In this document: piece after piece, positions 57,549-64,000 of the stretch
Position numbering within the stretch: position 1 is the first letter of the stretch
Layout of the letters: every line of letters begins with the position of its first letter
Source of the DNA: Candidatus Rokuibacteriota bacterium
Lineage (GTDB): Bacteria > Methylomirabilota > Methylomirabilia > Rokubacteriales > CSP1-6
Length of the DNA stretch: 64,000 nucleotides
Direction of reading: 5' to 3'
NCBI GenBank assembly: GCA_003221695.1
Contig: QHSX01000041.1
Span: 93,486-157,485, forward strand
Notes under the pieces: generated by a model
Seen by the model: the letters and a program-made list of their open reading frames with translations, nothing else
What the model was told of the DNA's origin: nothing
The model's database searches: none
Position numbers and translations under genes: made by a program

Positions 57549-58898
57549 ATGCGCGCTCGAGAGCTAATGTGGATCGCCGTCCTGTGCGCCGTCGCCGGGC
57601 TGTCCGCCTGCAAGACCGCGCCTCCACCCGATCGTCAGAGTCAGCTCGTCGCGAAGGGGCAAGACCTCTTCTTCAACGAGACCTTCGGCGGTAACGGGCG
57701 GACGTGCGGCACCTGCCATCCGGCGGAGAACAACTTCACCATCGATCCGGCGTTCATCGCCACGCTCCCGAAGGACAATCCTCTGTTCGTCGCCGAGTTC
57801 AACCCGGCGTTGAAGGAGAACTTCGAGAATCCCGCGCTGATGCGGGAGTTCGGGCTCATTCAAGAAAACCTGGACGGGTTCGACGATCTCAAGAACAAGT
57901 TCGTCATGCGGGGGGTGCCGCACACGCTCGGTCTCCGGACGTCGGTGCAGAGCCCTGGCGGGCCGCGCACCGGGTGGTCCGGGGACGGCGCCCCGGGCGA
58001 CGGATCACTCCGATCCTTCGCGACCGGCGCGGTCATTCAGCACTTCACCAAGACCCTGAACCGGGTCCCCGGTGTCGACTTCCGCCTGCCCACCGAGGAG
58101 GAGCTCGACGCCCTGGAGGCCTTCCAGCTGTCCCTCGGGCGGCAGCAGGACCTGGCGCTGCCGCTGCCGCTCAAGGGCACCGTGCCGAAGCGGGGCCAGG
58201 AGATCTTCCTCGACAACAAACTCGGCAAGTGCAATATCTGCCATGTGAACGCGGGGGCGACGGCCAACTTCCCCGGTCGGGGCCCCCTCGGGAATGCCAA
58301 CTTCAACACCGGTGTGGAGGACCTGCCCGATCAACCCGCTCGCCTGACGGGCAAACGGGTCCCGCGTGACGACGGGTTCCGCACGCCGGGCGACGGCACG
58401 TTCAACGTGCCGCCGCTCGTGGAGGCGGCGGACAGTGGGCCCTTCTTCCACAACAACGCCATCGAGACCATCGAAGGCGCGGTCGCCTTCTACGACGGGG
58501 AATCGTTCAACAAGTCTCCGGCCGGCCAGGCGCTGGCGAAGGCCGATCCCGAGGGCGCGGGCATCGAACTCGATGGGACGCAGATCGTGGCGATCGCCGC
58601 CTTCCTGCGGGTCATCAACGTGCTCGAGAACATCCGCCAGAGCGTCGTGCTACTGGAGACGAGCCTCGCCGTGTCGTCCTCCGCGGAGCGACGGCGGCTT
58701 CTCGAGCGCGCGGTTCACGAGACCGACGACAGCATCCGGGTGCTCAGCGGCGGCGGCCTTCACGCCGACGCCGTCGCCCACCTCCAGGAGGCACGACGGC
58801 TGGCAGACAAGGCCGTCCGGAGTGTATTCTTCGGACGGAAGTACACGGAGAAGGCGATCCGAGATCAGAAGCGAGCGAGAGCGTTCCTTGTCGACTGA
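57549..58898 (+). CDS. di-heme cytochrome c peroxidase / MauG-family lipoprotein with C-terminal helical extension
   Basis: ATG at 57549 with RBS AAAGGAGG. Lipobox LSAC. Two heme sites (CGTCH and CNICH). The spacing and flanking motifs (FNVPPL, FFHNNAIETI) match the bacterial CCP/MauG family. Confidence 0.75.
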   Translation: MRARELMWIAVLCAVAGLSACKTAPPPDRQSQLVAKGQDLFFNETFGGNGRTCGTCHPAENNFTIDPAFIATLPKDNPLFVAEFNPALKENFENPALMREFGLIQENLDGFDDLKNKFVMRGVPHTLGLRTSVQSPGGPRTGWSGDGAPGDGSLRSFATGAVIQHFTKTLNRVPGVDFRLPTEEELDALEAFQLSLGRQQDLALPLPLKGTVPKRGQEIFLDNKLGKCNICHVNAGATANFPGRGPLGNANFNTGVEDLPDQPARLTGKRVPRDDGFRTPGDGTFNVPPLVEAADSGPFFHNNAIETIEGAVAFYDGESFNKSPAGQALAKADPEGAGIELDGTQIVAIAAFLRVINVLENIRQSVVLLETSLAVSSSAERRRLLERAVHETDDSIRVLSGGGLHADAVAHLQEARRLADKAVRSVFFGRKYTEKAIRDQKRARAFLVD

Positions 58899-58917
58899 GG
58901 GGCGTGAGGGAAGGCGT

Positions 58918-59316
58918 ATGACCGTCCGAACGTTCGTTCTCGCGGTGGTCGGGATGAGCCCGCTCTTCCTGGGCGCACCGGCGCCCTCCGCGCAGGAGCT
59001 GACCGAACGGTTCATTCCGGTCGGGCAATCGCCAGGGCTGTCAGGGAAAGCCACCGTCATCGGGAAAATTCAAGCGATCAATGCGCGGGATCAGACCGTC
59101 ACGATCGCCGGGCCGGCGGGAACATGGAGCGCGAAGGTCACGGAGCGGACGAAGATCTGGCTGGACCGGAGCATGTCGCGAAAGACGAATCTCACGGGGA
59201 CGTTCTCCGACCTGCGGCAAGGCTTGACGGTCGAGGTGAAGCCGGACGGCTCCCAGCGCGGAGCCCAGAGCGGCCCCGCCGAGTGGATCAAGGTCCAGAT
59301 CCCGCCGTCCCCTTGA
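58918..59316 (+). CDS. small secreted hypothetical protein
   Basis: ATG at 58918 after GAGGGAAGG. Signal peptide (MTVRTFVLAVVGMSPLFLGAPAPSAQE). The last 28 nt overlap the convergent VOC gene. Confidence 0.45.
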   Translation: MTVRTFVLAVVGMSPLFLGAPAPSAQELTERFIPVGQSPGLSGKATVIGKIQAINARDQTVTIAGPAGTWSAKVTERTKIWLDRSMSRKTNLTGTFSDLRQGLTVEVKPDGSQRGAQSGPAEWIKVQIPPSP

Positions 59317-59899
59317 ACACCGGGTAGTCCGTCCGGTCGACGAGCGCCTCGTCCCCCTCCGTGGGGAGCTGCTCGGCGTAGTTCTGCGCCGCGTCGATGT
59401 CCGTCTCCCACACCTCTCGCGGCAGCTCGTACAGCACCTCGATGCCGTGACCGTCGGGGTCGGAGATGTACACGCTGTGGGTCATGCCGTGGTTGACCCG
59501 TCGGTGGAACGGCACGCCCTTCGCCTTGAGGAACGCGAGCTGCTTGAGCCAGGCCTCGCGATCGGGCCAGGCGATCGCCACGTGGTTCAGCCCCACGCGG
59601 CTCGGCAGCAGGTCCCACGGCTCACGGGTCGTGCCGCCGTCGGCGGAGGGCGCCTCGGCCAGGGCGAGATCGTGGTGGGTCACCGCGCCGTGGGCGTCGA
59701 GGCCGCTGTAGAAGCGCATCTTCGGCCGGCGCCGCCCGGGGACGGGCTTGAGCTCGGCGACGCACCGAAAGCCCATGATCTCGGTCCAGAACCGGTGCGA
59801 GGCCTCGAGGTTGCGGACGTTGAGGACGACGTGGTTGATCCCGCGTGGTGGCTGGGCGTGCGGCGGCGCGAGAGGTCCGGGCGCAGCATTGGTTTGCAT
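59288..59899 (-). CDS. VOC (glyoxalase / bleomycin-resistance / extradiol dioxygenase) family protein
   Basis: ATG at 59899 with RBS GGAGGAAACC. Motifs INHVVLNVRNLEASHRFW and HVAIAW...HGMTHSVYISDPDGHGIEV. Confidence 0.75.
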   Translation of the reverse strand: MQTNAAPGPLAPPHAQPPRGINHVVLNVRNLEASHRFWTEIMGFRCVAELKPVPGRRRPKMRFYSGLDAHGAVTHHDLALAEAPSADGGTTREPWDLLPSRVGLNHVAIAWPDREAWLKQLAFLKAKGVPFHRRVNHGMTHSVYISDPDGHGIEVLYELPREVWETDIDAAQNYAEQLPTEGDEALVDRTDYPVFKGTAGSGP

Positions 59900-59913
59900 G
59901 GTTTCCTCCGTGC

Positions 59914-60882
59914 TCACAGGAGCTCCGGGATCACCCACCGGGGCCGCCTGCCGGCGGCGACGCGTTGGATGTTGTCGAAGCCGTTCCTGAACCGCGCCGT
60001 CCAATTCTCCCACGTCGGCCCGGCGGAGTGGGGCGTGAGCGTGACGTTCGGCAGCGTGAAGAGCGCGTGACGCGGCGGCGGTGGCTCCTCGACCAAGACG
60101 TCGAGCCCGGCGCCCGCGATCTGTCCCGCCGTGAGCGCCTTCAGGAGGGCGTCCTCGTCCACGACCGGCCCGCGGCAGGTGTTGATCAGGATCGCGCCCG
60201 GCTTCAGCATCGCGAGCTCGCGCGCGCCGAGGAGCCCCCGTGTCGTGTCGTCGAGGGGCACGTGCAGGCTCACGACGTCCGACGTGCGGAGCAGCTCGGC
60301 GAAGAGGACGAACCGGACCCCGAGGGCGTCCTCCTGGTCCTCGGTGAGCCGCGCGATGTCGTAGTACTGGACGTCCATGTCGAACGCCGCCGCCCGCCGG
60401 GCGACCTTCTTGCCGATGTTGCCGAGGCCCACGATCCCGAGTGTCTTGCCCGCGAGCTCGTAGACGCGCGTCTCGGCCAGGTTGCCGACCCGCCACTTGC
60501 CGGCGACGACGTCGTTGTGGAGCCGGACGAGCCGCTTGAGGACGGCGAGCATGAGCATCACGCTGTGCTCGGCCACGGCGATCGCGTTGGCCCCGCCGTT
60601 GTTGGCCACCGGCACGCGTGCCTTGCGCGCCGCCTCCACGTCGACGTGGTCGTACCCGGCGCTCAAGAGCTGGACCAGTCGGAGGTTCGGCGCCGCCCGG
60701 AAAAACTCCCCGCCCATCTGCCGGGCAAGGCCCAGGTAGTACTCGGCCGTCGCCGCCGCCTGGTAGAACTCGGGCGTGCCGGGGTCGGCGACCACGAGCT
60801 CGAAGGCGGCCGGTGTCAGGGACCGCGCGATGTCGAGGATCACCTCGGGTTGGCGGGGAGCGAAGAGGATCTTGACCGCCAT
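59914..60882 (-). CDS. D-isomer-specific 2-hydroxyacid dehydrogenase family protein (PGDH-like)
   Basis: NAD-binding GIVGLGNIGKKVA and catalytic region NTCRG...TPHSAG. Confidence 0.85.
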   Translation of the reverse strand: MAVKILFAPRQPEVILDIARSLTPAAFELVVADPGTPEFYQAAATAEYYLGLARQMGGEFFRAAPNLRLVQLLSAGYDHVDVEAARKARVPVANNGGANAIAVAEHSVMLMLAVLKRLVRLHNDVVAGKWRVGNLAETRVYELAGKTLGIVGLGNIGKKVARRAAAFDMDVQYYDIARLTEDQEDALGVRFVLFAELLRTSDVVSLHVPLDDTTRGLLGARELAMLKPGAILINTCRGPVVDEDALLKALTAGQIAGAGLDVLVEEPPPPRHALFTLPNVTLTPHSAGPTWENWTARFRNGFDNIQRVAAGRRPRWVIPELL

Positions 60883-60892
60883 GCCCGGGTCC

Positions 60893-61291
60893 TCAGGCGG
60901 GCGCCAGCACTTCGAGCTGGGCGCGCTGAGCGGCCGCGGTCAGACGCCGGTCGTAGGTCACGACGGCCAGAAGGTCTTCGCGGATCGACAACGCCGTTGC
61001 CAGGTGGATCGCGTCGAGGGTCCTGAGCTCTGCGGGATCGAGCGCCGCCGCCCCGGAAAGCACACGTCGATCGACGTCCACCAGGTTGACCCTGGCAAGA
61101 ACATCACGGGCCCGCCGGCGCGCACCCGAGCTGAAGCCAGCTCGGCGCAAGGCTCGCGGCACCTCAGCGAGCGAGAGCGTACTCGACACGCGAATCGGCG
61201 ACGTTCGGAGCAGGTTCAGCAGCGCGGCTGACTCGGGCTCGGCAACGACCAGCTTCACCAGCGCCGAGGAGTCCAGGTAGAGCATGGTCAC
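60893..61291 (-). CDS. PIN-domain toxin (VapC-like) of a type II toxin-antitoxin pair
   Basis: LYLDSSALVKL with the acidic residues of a PIN domain. Overlaps the upstream antitoxin gene by 4 nt. Confidence 0.75.
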   Translation of the reverse strand: MTMLYLDSSALVKLVVAEPESAALLNLLRTSPIRVSSTLSLAEVPRALRRAGFSSGARRRARDVLARVNLVDVDRRVLSGAAALDPAELRTLDAIHLATALSIREDLLAVVTYDRRLTAAAQRAQLEVLAPA

Positions 61292-61569
61292 CCGCGCTCC
61301 TCTCGAAGCCGGGCGAGCGCGCGGCTGGCTCGGCGTGTTGGGCGCCTCCCGAGTGGCGGGCCCAGCGCGAGGACGTCGCCCTCGGCCGCGCTTGCCCGCC
61401 CGGCGGCGACGAGGCGCTCCAGCAACGTTGACCTGGCGGGAGCCAGGACAGCGACCCGATGTCCCCGCTCGTTCACTTCGAGGGTCTCACCCCGTTTGAC
61501 CCGTTTGAGGTAGACGCTGAGGTTCTGACGAAGCTCACGGACGCCGACTTCGCCTCTGGGGTATTTCAT
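61288..61569 (-). CDS. Phd/YefM-type antitoxin
   Basis: Start at the internal Met (MKYPRGEVGVRELRQNLSVYLKRVKRGETLEVNERGHRVAVLAP), the Phd/YefM prevent-host-death fold pattern. Confidence 0.7.
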   Translation of the reverse strand: MKYPRGEVGVRELRQNLSVYLKRVKRGETLEVNERGHRVAVLAPARSTLLERLVAAGRASAAEGDVLALGPPLGRRPTRRASRALARLREERG

Positions 61570-61594
61570 GTAGCACATGGTAGCACATAACAAA

Positions 61595-61930
61595 CTACGC
61601 GAGCGGGATCGTCGCCGTCACGCAGGGGTAAGCGCCGAGGACCCGCGTGGTGTGCCCCCGGCCCGTCGTGTCCTCGACCAGCCGGGCGTCGCCCGGGCCG
61701 AAGAGGTGCTTTCCGCCGTCGCCCAGGCCGATCTCGAGCTGGCCGGAGAGGATGATGACGAACTGGCGGCGCGGGGCCGGGTGCCAGTCGAGGTACTGGC
61801 CGACCGGCCACTCGCGGAACGCGATCTGTGTCGCCGGCAGCCCCTTCGTCCACTCCGGCGTCCGGCCGAGGTCGACCGGCTCGATGCGCGACTGGCCGTC
61901 GGAGCCCGTGTAGAGCCGAAACGTTCCCAT
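61595..61930 (-). CDS. cupin-domain protein
   Basis: 111 aa with a cupin beta-barrel pattern (WHPAPRRQFVIILSG...GPGDARLVED). Confidence 0.65.
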   Translation of the reverse strand: MGTFRLYTGSDGQSRIEPVDLGRTPEWTKGLPATQIAFREWPVGQYLDWHPAPRRQFVIILSGQLEIGLGDGGKHLFGPGDARLVEDTTGRGHTTRVLGAYPCVTATIPLA

Positions 61931-61965
61931 CGCGGCCTCCCGTCGGTAGCGGCTGAGTCAACCGG

Positions 61966-62835
61966 ATGCTAGCACACGCTGCAAGAAGCCCGAGCGCCAG
62001 TGCTATGCTCCCCACGAGGATGAACCTCCTGCGCCCGCTGGATCGTTCTCTGCTGGTCAATGGATTGCGGCTGCACGCCCTGGACTGGGGCGGCGACGGT
62101 CGTCCGCCGCTCCTGCTCCTCCACGGCTTCACGGGGCATGCGCACGCGTGGGACACGCTCAGCATCGCGCTGCAGCCCCACTTTCACGTCTACGCTCTCG
62201 ACGCGCGCGGCCACGGCGACAGCGATCCCGCCGAGACCTACACGGCCGCCGCGGCCTTCGACGATATTTCGGGCGTCGTCGACCAGCTCGGCCTGACCGC
62301 GTTCGTCCTCGTCGGGCTCTCGATGGGGGGCCGGAACGCGATGTATTTCGCGTCCAAGCGCCCCGACCGTGTCCGGCAGCTGGTCGTCATTGACATCGGC
62401 CCGGAGCTGAGCGCGCGCGCCATGGCGCCCTCGGCGGGGCCTCCCGAGCCCGACACGTGGGAGAGCATCGAGCAGGCCGCCCAGCACCTGTTTCGAGCGA
62501 ACCCGTATCCCGGCATCCACTATTATCGCTGGGTCGTCTCGCACAGCTTGCGGACCCGCCCGGACGGCGCGCTGGTGTGGAAGTGGCATCCGAACGTCAA
62601 GGAACGCCGCGCGCCGTCGGACGTCGACTGGTGGACCGTCGTGCGCGCCATCACGCCGCCGACCCTCGTCCTTCGCGGTGAGAAGAGCCACGTGCTCGAG
62701 CGTGACGTCGCCGAGCGGATGGCCAAGGAGCTGCCGCGCGGCCGATTCGTCGAGATCCCGCGGGCCGTCCACACGCTGCACGAGGACAATCCCGAGGCGG
62801 TGCTGGCGGCGCTCGGGGACTTCCTCGGGTTCTGA
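61966..62835 (+). CDS. alpha/beta-fold hydrolase
   Basis: LLLLHGFTGH and the nucleophile elbow GLSMGG, with Asp/His downstream. The true start may be an internal Met (about 62019). Confidence 0.8.
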   Translation: MLAHAARSPSASAMLPTRMNLLRPLDRSLLVNGLRLHALDWGGDGRPPLLLLHGFTGHAHAWDTLSIALQPHFHVYALDARGHGDSDPAETYTAAAAFDDISGVVDQLGLTAFVLVGLSMGGRNAMYFASKRPDRVRQLVVIDIGPELSARAMAPSAGPPEPDTWESIEQAAQHLFRANPYPGIHYYRWVVSHSLRTRPDGALVWKWHPNVKERRAPSDVDWWTVVRAITPPTLVLRGEKSHVLERDVAERMAKELPRGRFVEIPRAVHTLHEDNPEAVLAALGDFLGF

Positions 62836-62873
62836 GCGATGCGCTCACGCGCCGGCGCCGACGGTCCCGCCCC

Positions 62874-63722
62874 ATGAGGCTCGTGCGCTACGGACGCGCC
62901 GGGGCCGAGAAGCCCGGGCTCATCGACGAAGCCGGCGCCGTGCGCGACCTGTCGCGCGTGGTCCCAGACATCACGGCCGCGGTGCTCTCGCCCGCGGGCC
63001 TCAAGCGCCTGCGCGCGGCCCGGACGGCGCGGCTCCCAGTCGTCCGTGGCCGCCCCCGACTCGGCCCGCCGCTCGCGGGTATCGGCAAGATCGTCTGCGT
63101 CGGTCTGAACTACACGGACCACGCTCACGAGGTGGGCCTGCCGCTGCCGAAGGAGCCGCTGCTCTTCATCAAGGCCACCAGCGCCGTCAACGGTCCCCGC
63201 GACCCGATCGTCCGGCCGCGCGAGGCCGTCAAGCTCGACTACGAGGTCGAGCTGGGCGTCGTGATCGGGCGCGACGCGCGGAACGTGAGCGAGGCGGACG
63301 CGCTCACGCACGTCGCGGCCTACTGCATCGTCGACGACGTCTCCGAGCGAGCGTTCCAGATGGAGCACGGAGGGACGACCACGAAGGGCAAGAGCGCCGA
63401 CACCTTCGCGCCGATCGGGCCGTGGCTCGTCACCGCCGACGAGGTGCGCGACCCCCAGGCCCTGGAGGTGTGGACGACGGTCAACGGCGAATCGCGCCAG
63501 CGCGGGAGCACCGCCAACATGATCTTCCCGGTCCGTGAGCTCGTGGCCTACGTCAGCCGCTTCATGTCGCTGCGCGCCGGTGACATCGTCTCGACCGGCA
63601 CGCCCGCCGGTGTCGCCCACGGGATGAAGCCGCCGCGCTACCTCCAGCCCGGCGACGTCGTCGAGATGGGCATCACCGGGCTCGGCGTGCAGACGAACCG
63701 CGTCGTCACCCGCGGGGGCTGA
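62874..63722 (+). CDS. fumarylacetoacetate hydrolase (FAH) family protein
   Basis: GLNYTDHAHE, E.ELGVVIG and GDIVSTGTPAGV motifs. Confidence 0.85.
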   Translation: MRLVRYGRAGAEKPGLIDEAGAVRDLSRVVPDITAAVLSPAGLKRLRAARTARLPVVRGRPRLGPPLAGIGKIVCVGLNYTDHAHEVGLPLPKEPLLFIKATSAVNGPRDPIVRPREAVKLDYEVELGVVIGRDARNVSEADALTHVAAYCIVDDVSERAFQMEHGGTTTKGKSADTFAPIGPWLVTADEVRDPQALEVWTTVNGESRQRGSTANMIFPVRELVAYVSRFMSLRAGDIVSTGTPAGVAHGMKPPRYLQPGDVVEMGITGLGVQTNRVVTRGG

Positions 63723-63756
63723 CCCCGATCCGAACATGGCCCGAGCGGCCGGTCGC

Positions 63757-64000
63757 TCACCGGACGATGAGGGCGATCGAGAGCGCGAGAAGCGCGCCCA
63801 TCGCGACGTTGAAGATTCGCAGTCGGCGACTCCCCTGAAGGACGGGCTGGACAGCCGCTCCGAACGCCAGCCACAGAAAGCAACTCGGCAAGGCAGCCAG
63901 GACGAAGAGGCCCCCCAGGGAGGCAGCCTGCACGATCGGGCTCCCCGCTTCAGCGTTGAGAAAAGTGGAGGCCGCGCTCGCCGTCACCAGCCACGATTTT
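63757..64000 (-). CDS. LysE-type translocator-like membrane protein, 5' partial at window edge
   Basis: Hydrophobic C-terminal helices (LFVLAALPSCFLWLAFGAAV, NVAMGALLALSIALIV). The ORF is open to the window end. Confidence 0.35.
   Translation of the reverse strand, partial: KSWLVTASAASTFLNAEAGSPIVQAASLGGLFVLAALPSCFLWLAFGAAVQPVLQGSRRLRIFNVAMGALLALSIALIVR

Noticed and set aside
1-64000. CRISPR arrays, rRNA/tRNA genes, IS elements or integrases
   Set aside because: I found no regular repeat-spacer structure, no tRNA-like cloverleaf signatures in the few intergenic gaps over 150 nt (4554..4766, 12585..12862, 18707..18960, 42848..43055) and no transposase or integrase-like ORFs. Absence is based on manual inspection only.

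Overview
This is a high-GC (about 70% by eye) bacterial chromosomal segment from an organism I cannot identify from sequence. It is densely packed with roughly 70 protein-coding genes on both strands. I recognised no rRNA or tRNA genes, no CRISPR array and no obvious transposase or integrase.

Most genes are ordinary metabolic and envelope genes. They include oxidoreductases (SDR, MDR alcohol dehydrogenase, aldo/keto reductase, D-2-hydroxyacid dehydrogenases, an FMN-dependent 2-hydroxyacid dehydrogenase, an LLM-class oxidoreductase) and amidohydrolases/amidases. There is a LigAB-type extradiol dioxygenase, plus MFS and LysE transporters and a hybrid sensor histidine kinase. A CHASE2-domain sigma-54 activator, OmpA-family proteins and a VapBC-like toxin-antitoxin pair are also present.

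Four things stand out.
(1) Two genes appear to be selenoproteins whose in-frame TGA codons split them in the ORF track. One is a UGSC-motif protein (TGA at 27416..27418) and the other a peroxiredoxin-like protein with selenocysteine at the peroxidatic position (TGA at 35895..35897).
(2) A minus-strand operon spans 6843..12585. In transcription order it encodes a Tat-exported Rieske protein, a PQQ-dependent methanol/ethanol-family dehydrogenase, a small secreted protein, and an IorA/IorB-like 2Fe-2S plus molybdopterin aldehyde oxidoreductase. The PQQ enzyme carries a lanthanide-type Asp-x-Asp signature and apparently lacks the vicinal Cys-Cys.
(3) The CHASE2-containing sigma-54 enhancer-binding protein has its N-terminal transmembrane helix encoded upstream of any canonical start codon. 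A near-consensus sigma-54 promoter sits before the next gene, and a weaker one before a PEP-CTERM protein gene.
(4) Smaller curiosities: divergent pairs of paralogous small genes, a decayed RcnA-like pseudogene beside an intact NicO transporter, and an uncharacterised 517-aa protein embedded in an FMN-dehydrogenase / di-heme cytochrome c peroxidase operon.

All functional calls come from motif and family recognition by eye. No database searches were run.
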